From Nitrosopumilus sp. (GTDB taxonomy: Archaea; Thermoproteota; Nitrososphaeria; Nitrososphaerales; Nitrosopumilaceae), in NCBI GenBank assembly GCA_965203315.1, contig OZ241857.1, positions 1,876,505 through 1,940,504 on the forward strand: a DNA stretch of 64,000 nt. The letters are read 5' to 3'. The position numbers and the translations under genes are program-made. The notes beneath the pieces were generated by a model, which made no database searches, was not told where the DNA came from, and worked only from the letters and a program-made list of their open reading frames with translations. Below are positions 10,123 through 21,810 of the stretch, piece after piece (the stretch's first letter is position 1; every line of letters starts with the position of its first letter).

Positions 10123-10845
10123 TCAAAATGGACTATATTCAAATCCGTCTAGATCGCTAAAGATTCTAAGATTCTTGATCTCTGCTTCGATCTCTTGTTT
10201 GAATCTAGTAAAGTCTGTGTCGTTGGTATACAGTACAATGCGTTTTGGTTGAGATATGCAATATGCCAAGATCTCTCTGTCGTTATCTACGTATATCTCG
10301 TATGAATTAAAAGTTTGCGTCTGGTTATGTTGAGGTCTTTTTGGAATACGCCACACACTGGCTCTAACTCTACCTCCATTTGCAGATGTGCTTGCTTCTT
10401 TACGTATGATGTGATATCTATAGACGTTTGGATTGAACTCTTTGATGTATGTTCTGAGTTGATCTACTCTGTTCAGTGAATCTTTGGATATGTTGTTATC
10501 ACCATCATGTAGTTTTATGTCACCAAGTACAGTCTCTGCATATTTATCAGATATCTGCGCTAGTATCTTTTTGTAGCATGTATAATTTTGATTGCAAATC
10601 CAGTAATACAATACACCATGAAATTCGTTATGTACGATTCTACATAATTTGATCTTTTTATTATTGTATGTGGTATTGATCGCATATACATGCTCTTGAT
10701 TCATCTTTTTCATGCTAAAGTTTGGTACTATCATTTTCAGATGCTTAGAACAATAGTTTAATAGTATGTTTGTATCCAGAGTCATACAAAAATCATCATG
10801 TCTTGCATCGCGTAATAATAATGAGACGTTGTTGATCTTTTGCAT
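10123..10845 (-). CDS. Hypothetical protein with PIN-domain-like acidic motifs
   Basis: LDTNILL near the N-terminus; DNDREIL and LYTNDTDF near the C-terminus. Confidence 0.55.
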   Translation of the reverse strand: MQKINNVSLLLRDARHDDFCMTLDTNILLNYCSKHLKMIVPNFSMKKMNQEHVYAINTTYNNKKIKLCRIVHNEFHGVLYYWICNQNYTCYKKILAQISDKYAETVLGDIKLHDGDNNISKDSLNRVDQLRTYIKEFNPNVYRYHIIRKEASTSANGGRVRASVWRIPKRPQHNQTQTFNSYEIYVDNDREILAYCISQPKRIVLYTNDTDFTRFKQEIEAEIKNLRIFSDLDGFEYSPF

Positions 10846-11028
10846 AATAAAATAGTATTGTCGTATTTTTTAAATTTTGGTTAGTTTACTAATCCTATTC
10901 GATCTTTGTAAATACTTTGGATATGGAATCAAGACTAGATTGATTGCAAAGTTACACTCGTGATGGTACGGGTGTTAGTTTGACTGCTTCTAGCAGGGTT
11001 AATTTCATGCCGTATATCACAATATGAT

Positions 11029-12171
11029 ATGAATCGTACACTATTGTTAGTATATCTGACTGGGCTAATAATTGGCATATCGTATGGAATGCATGCTCCC
11101 ATCTTGCCTGTATTTGCAAAGAATGCCTTGAATGCCAATTATTCCGAGTTGGGATTCATCGGATTAACAAATTTTGTTCCCTATATGTTTATTCCATTCT
11201 TTGTTGGGATACTATTAGATCGATTCAACAATGGTTATCTACTATCTGTGGGGGTTGCAATAAACACCATCTCAATCTATCTATTATCGATTGTCCAATC
11301 TGTCCCAGAGGTGATGGGGGCTAGAGTCTTGACCGGGGTGGCACACGCATTCTTTTGGCCACCATGTGAGTCAATAATAACTGCTGTGAGTAATAATGAG
11401 AACCGTGTCCAAAATATCTCGTTATTTACAATGTTCTTTGTGATAGGGTTTATGGTAGGTCCACTAATCGGAAATATCTTTCTAGATGGATTTGACGTAT
11501 CGTATAGAGTACTCTTTCAGATCACTGCATTTGTACTAGCAGCTGCGATCATCACCGCGTTATTTACATCAAAGAAGAGACAGGCCAAACACGTACGATT
11601 CTCTCTTTCATCGATCTTTATGATGAAAAGATTTCCAGAAGTGATTATGCTGTTGATCTTTTTTACATCTACCTTTGGAATAATCTTGACCATCTATCCT
11701 GCATTTCTAAACGATCGTGGAATGACTGACACAGATATACTATACCTGTACTTTATCTTTGGAATATCTAGAGTCATATCACTTGTATTTGGTGGCAGAT
11801 TTGCTAAACGTACTAGTCATACGTTGATTGCAGCTGTGATGTCTATATCTGTGGGACTAGGCATATCTATAATCTCTGTATCTTTTGTAGAATTTGCAAT
11901 CGCACTTGGTCTGATGGGATTCGGTTTTGCCATATTCTCTCCACTAACTCTAGAGATCATACTGAGCAAGACAAAGAGAAACATGTCTGGTAGTATAATA
12001 GGCACATATGAGACTGTCTTTGGTATAGGGTGGGTAATCGGTCCCACTTTGGGCGGACCTTTGGCGCAGCTGTTTTCAACTACTATGCCGTATGTCGTAT
12101 TTTGTATGATCGGTCTTGGAATCTTTGTCCTGTCTATAATCCGATATAAAGTGCTACAGCCTGAACGATAA
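11029..12171 (+). CDS. MFS transporter
   Basis: About 12 hydrophobic segments; GILLDRFN motif A. Confidence 0.9.
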   Translation: MNRTLLLVYLTGLIIGISYGMHAPILPVFAKNALNANYSELGFIGLTNFVPYMFIPFFVGILLDRFNNGYLLSVGVAINTISIYLLSIVQSVPEVMGARVLTGVAHAFFWPPCESIITAVSNNENRVQNISLFTMFFVIGFMVGPLIGNIFLDGFDVSYRVLFQITAFVLAAAIITALFTSKKRQAKHVRFSLSSIFMMKRFPEVIMLLIFFTSTFGIILTIYPAFLNDRGMTDTDILYLYFIFGISRVISLVFGGRFAKRTSHTLIAAVMSISVGLGISIISVSFVEFAIALGLMGFGFAIFSPLTLEIILSKTKRNMSGSIIGTYETVFGIGWVIGPTLGGPLAQLFSTTMPYVVFCMIGLGIFVLSIIRYKVLQPER

Positions 12172-12208
12172 CATTAAGTTTAATTTAAAATTGTATTCTA
12201 GTGTATGC

Positions 12209-12553
12209 ATGATACATACTGCTCTAAATGTTGGCGGTAGCGAATGGATGATCATAATCTTTGTTGCGTTGATCTTGATACTAGGGACAGGTAAACTCCC
12301 GGCAGCTGCAAGAAAGCTTGGCAAAGCAGTAAATGAATACAATCGCGCAAAGATGGAGATCAGTGATCAAGTCAAAGTTACAAGTGAGGCTCCAAAGATA
12401 CTGGGTCCAGTGGAAAACGAACGTGAGAAACTTGACGCCATTGCAAGATCAATCGGAATTAATCCTGCGGGCAAGTCTGATGAACAGCTACGAGATGCAA
12501 TCTCTGCAAAGATCGGTAAAGACACAAAGCAGGATGGTGGCGAATCCACATAG
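12209..12553 (+). CDS. tatA: Twin-arginine translocase TatA/E subunit
   Basis: GGSEWMIII...LGTGKLPAAARKLGKAVNEY. Confidence 0.85.
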   Translation: MIHTALNVGGSEWMIIIFVALILILGTGKLPAAARKLGKAVNEYNRAKMEISDQVKVTSEAPKILGPVENEREKLDAIARSIGINPAGKSDEQLRDAISAKIGKDTKQDGGEST

Positions 12554-12737
12554 TACAAATGTCGTTAGAATTTGTAGTTCATTATGCGTTATTCTAAACC
12601 AGAAATGAGTTTTTATACATGTATGTTAAACAGCAATGTCTCAAGACTGTACTGCATAGAAATGTTTATGGAAAAATGAAGAGTAAAAAATTAAATGTTT
12701 ATGAATTTTACAAATGTCTGTTTGTTGTTTACGTACA

Positions 12738-12853
12738 GGATCTTTTAGGTTTACATCAGATTACTAGTTACAGAAAAAGCACCACTAGATGTCATAAGTG
12801 ACAATTATGGAAAACGCCGTGCTAAATGGCATCTTAAATGACTCGAAAAGACA
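12738..12853. mobile_element. Degenerate MITE family B copy
   Basis: ggatcttttaggtttaca...ttacagaaaaagcac...cgaaaagac. Confidence 0.6.
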
Positions 12854-14389
12854 TAATCGATCAAATGTATAACAAGGTCACAAAAAAACGTAGATAAAAT
12901 ACCGAAAGACTTTGTAATGCATGTAAAACTTTGCCTAGACTGCATTGAATTGTAGACTAGTAGATGTGTCCTACTAATTGGATGCTGTTGGGACGCTATT
13001 AGGTACCACATACTTGACACGCACCTATCCCACACACCTGACAAACACCCTAAACAATAAATCCTAGATTAATCATACCTAAATCTTGAAGTTTCGCTGT
13101 CCAAAATGTAAATCTAGAATAGAACTTCAACGAACATTTAACAAAAAGATACACGTATCATGTACAAAATGTGAAGTAGAGGATATTATAGGATTTATAA
13201 AAAATCCTGATGAGGCATTCTTGGAATTTTGTGCTAGATATGATGCGGGAATAATAAGAGACATACGTTCAAATCTAATTGCAGAGTCTATAGTGCGTTC
13301 CGACTCTGAGATTGACGCAATGATATCTGGGAAAGAACCATCCGACATAACTAACGGTATTTTGCGCACCAAAAAAGACTATGTATCGGAGTATCGAGTC
13401 TTAGATAGTATCGAACCAGAGATTGGCTGTGCCCCATCAGATCTAGATCTGAACGACTCGTTGCTCAAATATCTGACGGAGATTGGCATATCAAATCTAT
13501 ACAAATTTCAAGAAGACTCTTTCGTAGAGATCACAAATGGTAGCAATGTTGTTATTGAAGCTCCAACAGCTAGTGGTAAGACAGAAGCATTTCTGATTCC
13601 TATAATTCAGCGCATGCACAAAAGAGGTATATCTGGCAGCGTTTATGCTGTATTTGTATATCCTACAAAGGCATTGGCTAGAGACCAATACTTGAAGATT
13701 AAACACTTTGCATCACTATTGAGCATGCGTGCAGAGGTGTTTGATGGAGACACAGAACTAGAAAAAAGAAGATCCATAATTGTAGATCCTCCACAGATCA
13801 TAGTCACAAACTTTGACGTAATCCATTATCATATGTGGCACCGAACTAGATTTGGTTCTCTGTTGTCTACAACTAGAGTTTTGATAGTAGATGAAGTTCA
13901 TACATACTCTGGCATATTTGGTACCAATGTACACTATATTATAAAACGCCTCAAACGATTATGTAAGGATCTCCAGTTTGTTGCCGCATCAGCTACCATA
14001 CATGATGCAAAACAGTTTACTTGCGATCTCTTTGGTGAAGAGATGAAGTTGATAAAAGGTTCTGGAAGAAAAGGCAAGATCGAATTTACTATGTTATTTC
14101 CAACACTTCGATCACAGCGCGCATTGATGATCGATATCGCAAAGCAACTAACTAAAAAGAGACACAAGACCATGATCTTTAACAACTCTCATCTCAACTC
14201 AGAACTATTTGTTATCCAAGCAAAAAAGCAAAAGATCAACGTCAAGGTACATAGAGCTGGGCTGATGGCCAAATACAGACAGTCAGTTGAACAACAGTTT
14301 CGAGCAGGCAAGATCGAGGCGATATCATGTACTCCTACATTGGAGCTAGGAATAGACATTGGAAACGTAGATGGAATAATATCGTCTAC

Positions 14390-15912
14390 GGGGTTGTCCG
14401 GTGAATATCTCGTAAAATCTATGCATTTTATGATCTCTTAAACAAAATACAACAAATTAACTCTATTTGCCGTTATTTTTCTATTAAAAGTTAAACTTTG
14501 GTGCAAAGTGTACCGTTTTGCACTTCAATAATCAAGTTTGATTAATTAAAACGCCACAAATTAATGCTCGACAAGCATGCATTTACCAAAAAACAGTATT
14601 TGGTTACCACTCAATACCCACTTGTGCTAAAATTACTTTTGAATTATGTGCAGCAATCTTGAACTTTAACTCTTGAACCATGTTTTCCCATTTTATTGCT
14701 TTAATGTCTTCACCAAATAGGAGTTTCATTGTTGAAAATACGCCTTCAACATTTGCACGGTCTCCATATCCTAGAATTATCTTCCAATCATCTTGATTTT
14801 CTTCGCGTTCGTCTGTTGGCATGGAATTTAGATCTTTACCATCTAAAGCACCAAATTGAAACTCGGCTAATTTACTTCTGGGATCATCTCCATGTGATAC
14901 TGCATTACGTTTTATCAATATTCCATTGATGAGATTATACATCATACAAAACTCGTGAATCTTTTTTGTATCATAACCTTTGTCGGCGAGAATTTTCTTT
15001 GTGATTGGTTTACCGGTACGATTACATTCATCAACTATCTCTGTTGCATCTTTTAATAGTTGCTTAAACTGTGACGAATCTGATTTCTTGTCAGTCGTAA
15101 TGCTGTATGACCTTATAATCTTTGAATTCACGTCTATACAAATGTGCATTTTTACAAATCCATCTCGTTCTACTTTGTAATGGGCTTCAATCCATCGACC
15201 ACCTGCATGTTGTCTAAAGCCAGAAGCATCAATAGCTAGAGTATGTGGCATTTTAGACTTTATAATTAAGAGATCGTTTAAAATATCGACTTCCTGTGCT
15301 TTTATTCTAGCGTGTAACTGAGATCTACGTGGTATCTTGAAATTAGGAAAAGATTTCTCTAACTCTTTTATGAGTCGTCTATATGAATAGTTGTTTCTAG
15401 ATTTTGTAATGCCTGCGTACATTATAAGAGCTTCTGAATAAAGGAATTGTCCACCACGTTTATTTTTATTCATAAGAGTTAACTCTTTTTCGAATTCTTC
15501 TTTAAATTTATCCTCGTCTTCCAATCTTAAAACAAGCATAAAAAATAAAAGTCTTAATCTTGGTTTATGTTTTAATGATTTCATAATTCTACTTAAATTT
15601 CTTGCTTTCTCACGTTTTTCTTTACGATTCATGTCCTCATCTTTTAGAAACTTGAACCAATAAGGGAAATCACTCGCCATGACATTTCTAAAAATAGTTC
15701 CCCTTTATAGATCTTTTCATTTTGATATCTATTTTGTGTTTTAAAATTAATTGTAAACTAGAACTTGTTACTAATTCTATGCAGCAGTTGAAAAAACAAC
15801 ACTAGAAACGATGCAATTAGAGAAAATATTTCTCATGTGTTCAAAATCGAGCGATTTGTATCCCCGATGAGTGGATTTGCAGCTGCCCTATTCCTATTCA
15901 CCGGACAACCTC
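14390..15912 (-). mobile_element. IS5-family insertion sequence (ISH1/IS903-like)
   Basis: 18-bp TIR G(G/A)GGTTGTCCGGTGAATA; 8-bp TSD TCGTCTAC at 14382-14389 and 15913-15920. Confidence 0.92.
14604..15680 (-). CDS. IS5-family transposase
   Basis: AIDASG, KMHICID, LADKGYD and YGDRANVEGVFSTMK. Confidence 0.9.
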   Translation of the reverse strand: MASDFPYWFKFLKDEDMNRKEKREKARNLSRIMKSLKHKPRLRLLFFMLVLRLEDEDKFKEEFEKELTLMNKNKRGGQFLYSEALIMYAGITKSRNNYSYRRLIKELEKSFPNFKIPRRSQLHARIKAQEVDILNDLLIIKSKMPHTLAIDASGFRQHAGGRWIEAHYKVERDGFVKMHICIDVNSKIIRSYSITTDKKSDSSQFKQLLKDATEIVDECNRTGKPITKKILADKGYDTKKIHEFCMMYNLINGILIKRNAVSHGDDPRSKLAEFQFGALDGKDLNSMPTDEREENQDDWKIILGYGDRANVEGVFSTMKLLFGEDIKAIKWENMVQELKFKIAAHNSKVILAQVGIEW

Positions 15913-17213
15913 TCGTCTACTGTACCAATAAATCGACTCACGCAGCGGATCGGTCGTGCAGGAAGGAGAGGCCAGACAGGATATGCATTCTTGGCATTAG
16001 GTAACGATCCGATCTCACAATACTATGGACATCACCCTGACGACTACTTTGAAGATATGGAACATAACTATATCGATCCAGAAAACCCTTTTGTTAAAGA
16101 GTATCAGATATTGGCAGCCGCATGTGACAAACCACTCTTGTATGACGAACTAGATCATGACACAGTAGAGTATCACATAACACAAAATAATCTCAAAAGA
16201 GATGGCAGACTAGTATATCCAAATTTAAAAAAAATTAAACCTCTTCTAGATGAGTACAGCATTAGAGGCATAGGACAGTCAGTTGATATTAAACTGGATG
16301 ATAAAAAGATAGGTGATCGTATATTGCCTATTGCTCTAGAAGAACTTCACAAAGACGCAATATATTTTCTAGCAGGTACAAAATACAGAGTACAAGAGTT
16401 TGATTATCCTAAAGAGAATGTTGCACAACTGATCAAGATGCCAAAAGATCATCAATATTATACAAAGGCACTCACCGAAGAGTGGCCTACGGTTGAGACA
16501 ACATACGAGACACGAATAGCAAATGGCGTTGAGATCGCATTCTGTAAATTACACATAAAAAAGACTGTATGTGGATATGTGAGACTAAAGATTGGTCAAC
16601 CTCTACACGAAGGTGAGCGAGTGTTGCTAGATGCAAATCTAGAATATGATTTTATAACAAAAGGTATTGTGTTTTGCGCACCAACCCCAGTAAACACAAT
16701 CGATACATCTGAAGACAAAGAGCGTACAGAACTAAGTGGCTATCACGCTACCGAACATGTTATAATCGAAGGTTCCAATATGATAACCGGTGGTGTCTCC
16801 CAAGATCTAGGCGGCATATCGATGGGCACATCTGGAATGATATACGTCTATGATGGAGCAATAGGTGGAAGTGGAGCAAGTAAGAACATGTGATATATGG
16901 CTGGATTACAGAGGTTGTGTACTACAAGACGGTTCTCAGGCAACTCCTAACTCTAAAGGATGGTCTAGAGTGTCCAAACTCAACTTTGAGAGATCTATTA
17001 AATCTTCTCTAAATGCATGATTTTACATCCAAATATTTGGTGTATCTTGTAATGTTCAACTAGGTAAGCGACTATTCTAGATTCATGAGTGTATTGGCAC
17101 ATAGATGCTGTTCTAAATAGTTGAGATTTTACTGCATATTATTTGATGTATGACCAAAGAATATTGTGGTGGTGTCAAAATGGAATAAATACTAGTGTAC
17201 TACAAACCAAACA

Positions 17214-18041
17214 ATGAAGACGGCACTAGTCACAGGAAGTTCATCTGGTATAGGATTACAAACTGCACTAGCTCTTGCTCGTGACGACTATCAAACCTTT
17301 GCTAGCATGCGTGACGTATCACGATCAACCGAATTGGAACAAGCTGCTAAAAAAGAAGATCTAGCAATTGAGATAATCGAACTAGATGTTGACCGCGAAG
17401 AGTCTATTATATCTGCAATTCGTCATGTATATGACAAGACTGGAAGAATTGACGTATTGGTGAATAATGCTGGGTATGGTCAATTTGGATGCACAGAGGA
17501 TGTGTCTGTAGATAGTTTTAGAAAGCAGTTTGAGACAAATTTTTTCAGTGTCGTAAGAATAATTCAACAGGTAGCTCCAATCATGAGGGCACAAGGCTCT
17601 GGAATAATCGTCAACATGAGTTCAGTTGCAGGTAGAATTGGGTTTCCAGGATCGCCTGCATATATCAGCTCCAAGTTTGCGCTAGAAGGGCTATGCGAAT
17701 CTCTTAGATACGAACTCGATCAATTTGGAATAAAGACCACTCTCATCGAACCTGGAGTTATCAAGACAAACTTTTTTGACTCTTTACGAATTCCAGAGTC
17801 AAAGATCGATCCTAAATATAAACAACTCACTGAAAGTATTCTGTCTGGTCTAAAGATGATGGTTGAGATGGGAACACACCCGTCTCAGGTGGCAGACACA
17901 ATAATCTCTGCAATACACGACGATGAACTACTTCCTAGATATGTGGTAGGCTCAGATGCAGCAATGTTTCTTGAAGCCAAACATAACAAGACAGACATCG
18001 AGTTCGAACGATTTATGAACAAGCAATTAACTGCCAGTTAA
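17214..18041 (+). CDS. Short-chain dehydrogenase/reductase
   Basis: TGSSSGIG, NNAG and YISSK motifs. Confidence 0.93.
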   Translation: MKTALVTGSSSGIGLQTALALARDDYQTFASMRDVSRSTELEQAAKKEDLAIEIIELDVDREESIISAIRHVYDKTGRIDVLVNNAGYGQFGCTEDVSVDSFRKQFETNFFSVVRIIQQVAPIMRAQGSGIIVNMSSVAGRIGFPGSPAYISSKFALEGLCESLRYELDQFGIKTTLIEPGVIKTNFFDSLRIPESKIDPKYKQLTESILSGLKMMVEMGTHPSQVADTIISAIHDDELLPRYVVGSDAAMFLEAKHNKTDIEFERFMNKQLTAS

Positions 18042-18094
18042 GATAAATTGATATACAAATTGTTGATCATCTACTTAATGTCTTGTGGTGATGC

Positions 18095-19929
18095 GTGATG
18101 AGGTGGAAGACACTTGAACATAATGGAATAACATTTCCAGAACAGTATCAAACAAAAAAAGGCGTAAATATAAAGATCAAAGGCAAGTCCATACCGTTAG
18201 GTATTCTTTCAGAAGAGATGGTATACCAATGGGCCAAAAAGAAGGACACTCATTATGTACAAGATGAAGTCTTTCAAGACAACTTTACAGATGATCTTGT
18301 AAAAGAGCTACGATCTGATCCTAAAACGGCAAATAATGATATAGTGAAACAAGGGATAGCATATCAGGACATTGACTTTACCGATGCGTACAATCTAGTC
18401 CAAAGTGAAAAGGACAAAAAGAAGCCGAAAAGAACAAAGAGAGAGAGAGAAACAAGCAAGAGAGAGAAAGGATAAACTCTTTACCGCCTGAGGAACGAAA
18501 ACCTGAAAGAGAGAAATCAGCAGAGAAACGCAAAAGAGACCGTGCAGAAAAGAACAAACATCGTGAGAAACTAAAAAGCAAATACGGCATAGCATTTGTG
18601 GATGGTCAGCAGGTAGATGTCGCTAGCTATATCGCAGAACCTCCTGGAATATTCATAGGACGAGGCAATCATCCACTACGAGGTAAATGGAAGCCGAGAA
18701 TCACAAGCAATGATATAATTCTAAACCTGGGCAAAGAAGCAAATGTTCCGGATGTGATGCTAGAACTAGACACGGTCAAAGATCCTCACGGAAAATGGAA
18801 AGCAATAGTTCATAATCAAGATGCAACATGGTTGGCAAGCTGGACTGACTTTCTTACAGGAAAGACCAAGTATATCTGGCTTGCAGATACAGCTGGATTA
18901 AAACAAGAGCGTGATAAAGAAAAGTACGAGAAAGCAAAAAAACTTGAAACAGAGATCGAAAAGATCAAAGATCATCTAGTCAAGGACATGAGTAAAGGTG
19001 ACAAGACAAAGATTGCGACTGTGTGTTATTTAATATATAGAACAGCGATGAGAGTCGGCGACGAGAAAGACCCTGAAGAAGCAGATACAGTTGGGGCTAC
19101 GACACTGCGCAAAGAACACATAACGATAACTAGTAATACAATAAAGTTTAATTTTTTGGGCAAAGATAGTATACCATGGCGAGAGACACTAAATGTGCAA
19201 GAGCATGACAAACAATTCCAAAAAAATCTAAAAGAGTTAATGAAAAACAAGAAACCCCACGATCAGATATTTGATAATATATCTTCTAGACATGTAAATG
19301 CATACTATTCTGGTATAGTAAAAGGATTAACGGCCAAAGTATTTCGCACATATCTTGCAACAGATGTAGTTAAAAAATACCTCATAGATCACGACGATGT
19401 TCATAAAAAGTCAAATCATGAGAAACTATATCATGCAAAACTAGCAAACTTGGAAGCTGCTATAATGTGCAACCACAAACGAACTATACCTAAAACCTTT
19501 GATGAAAAATTAAAAGAACGTAGTAATAAACTCGAAGAGATTCGTAAACAGAAACCGTGGTCTAAAGCAGAAGATGATCTAAAAGATATACTAGAGATAA
19601 AGCCCAAGACTGATAAACAGACAAAGAGCAAGAATAAAAGACTTAGAGCCAAGAGAAAGCAGATTAGAGAACAAAAGAGACGTCACAAAGATCGAACTGA
19701 AAAGCTTGGATTACAACTAGATCTTGTTAAAAAGACTCGGGACTATAATTTAGGTACATCACTACGAAATTATATAGATCCACGAGTATTCGTGGCATGG
19801 ACATCTGAAGTAGGCGCAGAATGGGAGCGTCTATACACCGCTGCACTACAAAAAAAGTTTCTGTGGGTCAAGAACGAGGATGTAAAGTGGAGCGACATAA
19901 AGTCTAAAGAATCTGTGTCTGATGTGTGA
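18095..19929 (+). CDS. DNA topoisomerase IB, split by a single-base frameshift near 18416-18475
   Basis: WKTLEHNG start; EPPGIFIGRGNHPLRGKWK, MRVGDEK, AKVFRTY, CNHKR and the catalytic Tyr in SLRNYIDPR; the second frame is open from about 18421. Confidence 0.88.
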
Positions 19930-20998
19930 TGTATCTTGTATCGTGTCTAGAGTCGAGATATCTGATCCCAAATCTCCCTGTCTGAGTGATGCGCATATTG
20001 TACATTTATACTTGCATAGATCAACATTTGTCTTGGCGTGGAAGATACAAGAATGTGTCTGTTTTTCTGATATCGTCTTATGGTCAAACAGTAAGTTTTT
20101 TATATTCTCGCATCGTGTATATGTTGTGCCATCTCTGAGCAATGATAAAGAGTGTATCAAATGTCATCATTGTAAAGAAATATTTCAGTACAAAGACACT
20201 AAATGGTTTCCTCTACCTATAGAATTCTTTGACGATGACAATATTGAACTCTTGAAGCGTGAAGAGTCTCGAGAATATGTGATGGCGATAAAAAAGAAGA
20301 AAAGAGAGATGCAGATTCTACAAAAGCGATTACGTAGTTACAATCATGATCGCATAATCAATGATCTTATAAAACAGATCGATGCTAGCCCTGAAAATGA
20401 ATCTAGTAAAAAATACAAGATCAACGTATTGACTGTAACTAGACAACTCCGCAACAATCTAGATGCCTCCCTAAAGAAAACAATAGATAATTTTACAGAA
20501 TATCCTTGTCTGGTATTCGGATATTATGAATTTCAATATGTGGGACTATGTCCGCTTTGCAAAAATCATCTGTCCCTCGGATGGCGTGGACATCACTCAC
20601 TCAAGCGTGGCATAAAACTTGAACAGAGAGATGACGATGAGAGATGTATTTTTAAGTGTAAATCATGTAAAGCAGATATAGTTGCTGAAGATCATATTTG
20701 GTTGTGTAGTACAGACAAGACATATGTATTGCTAACTATGTGTCAAAATTGCCATACAGAACAAAAATACCCGTACAAATTTACGGCTATGCCCCTTGTA
20801 GTGATGGGTGGTGGACGATTTACCAAGCTTAAACGTAAATCAATTCCAGAATGGATGTTTCCTAGATCTATGATTTATATGCACAGCAGGCTATTTGGAT
20901 GGGAAGATACTCAACCATACACAGTAATGAAGAGTGAACTAGCCACAACTATGTTCGAAGGTTCAGTCTCATACCTTGAAAAATCAGGTAATGTTTGA
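19922..20998 (+). CDS. Hypothetical protein with several CxxC pairs (start uncertain)
   Basis: 358-codon ORF containing CHHC, CPLC, CKSC and CQNC. Confidence 0.55.
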   Translation: MCDVSCIVSRVEISDPKSPCLSDAHIVHLYLHRSTFVLAWKIQECVCFSDIVLWSNSKFFIFSHRVYVVPSLSNDKECIKCHHCKEIFQYKDTKWFPLPIEFFDDDNIELLKREESREYVMAIKKKKREMQILQKRLRSYNHDRIINDLIKQIDASPENESSKKYKINVLTVTRQLRNNLDASLKKTIDNFTEYPCLVFGYYEFQYVGLCPLCKNHLSLGWRGHHSLKRGIKLEQRDDDERCIFKCKSCKADIVAEDHIWLCSTDKTYVLLTMCQNCHTEQKYPYKFTAMPLVVMGGGRFTKLKRKSIPEWMFPRSMIYMHSRLFGWEDTQPYTVMKSELATTMFEGSVSYLEKSGNV

Positions 20999-21294
20999 TC
21001 GGCTCCAAGATCAACGATATCTGTGGTCGACCACGTTCTAACTTTGCAATATGTTATGCGTGATATACAAATATCTCCAACGTGCATATCTCCAACGTCC
21101 TAGTCACCTAGTTCTAAATGTGGTCGAGTCGACAGCAACTGTATCTCAATCGAAATGTCTCTAGTTGCTTGTATCATATATGATGAAATTGTATGTTCAA
21201 TATCTTGTAATCGTACAAACCGTCTGAGATAAATCATGATCTCACTAGACCTATTAGAATGATTTAAGTTCTTAAATTTATTGAGTACAAGCAT

Positions 21295-21411
21295 GCCGGG
21301 GTAGCTCAGCCTGGTTAGAGTGCCAGTTTACTTGGTAATTCTCTCTAAGGTTCTCCAACAAAGGCAATACTCATAATCTGGAGGTCGCGAGTTCGAAACT
21401 CGCCCCCGGCA
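21295..21411 (+). tRNA. tRNA-Met(CAT), probably elongator, with a ~42-nt intron at a non-canonical position (about 30/31)
   Basis: Acceptor stem GCCGGGG/CCCCGGC; T-loop GTTCGAAAC; the anticodon arm CCAGA-CTCATAA-TCTGG forms only after removing about 21327-21368. Confidence 0.85.
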
Positions 21412-21423
21412 CACAAAATACTG

Positions 21424-21753
21424 TTATACTGTACACTTACAACCCTTCTTTTTGAGGATATGTATCTGCTCTGAGATAGAGTTGACATACTCTGTCTGAA
21501 CACTCGATCCTATTGCTCTTCGCTTGTCTAATGGACTAGAATGTTTGTACCCTCGTTTGGACATCTCTTCTACGAGAAGTTCATGTCGCAGATACATGGC
21601 AGACAGTTTACCACGCCATCTAAGCGTCTCTGGATGGTTTGCATATCCTCTCTTGTTTAATGTGATTATTGTCCACATTGCATGTAATTCTCGATGTTCG
21701 CCAAGAAGATGATTACGACAGAGTCTGGATGGATCTATGTCCCATATTCTCAT
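21424..21753 (-). CDS. Pyrimidine dimer DNA glycosylase (T4 endonuclease V-like)
   Basis: MRIWDIDPSRLCRNHLLGEHRELH, HPETLRW and LVEEMSKRGYKH. Confidence 0.85.
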   Translation of the reverse strand: MRIWDIDPSRLCRNHLLGEHRELHAMWTIITLNKRGYANHPETLRWRGKLSAMYLRHELLVEEMSKRGYKHSSPLDKRRAIGSSVQTEYVNSISEQIHILKKKGCKCTV

Positions 21754-21810
21754 CTGATATCGATCTGTACTCTGATGATCTTGTAAATATGACATGCTGT
21801 ATGATCTGAT

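Larger units (their letters stand above)
13086..16893 (+). pseudogene. DEAD/DEAH helicase with DUF1998 region (Hrq1/MrfA-like), interrupted by IS5 and C-terminally truncated
   Basis: PTASGKT, DEVH, SAT and TLELGIDIG before the IS; QRIGRAGRRG, HATEH and YDGAIGGSG after it; removing the IS and one TSD copy restores ...IISSTVPINRLTQRIGRAG in frame. Confidence 0.85.
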
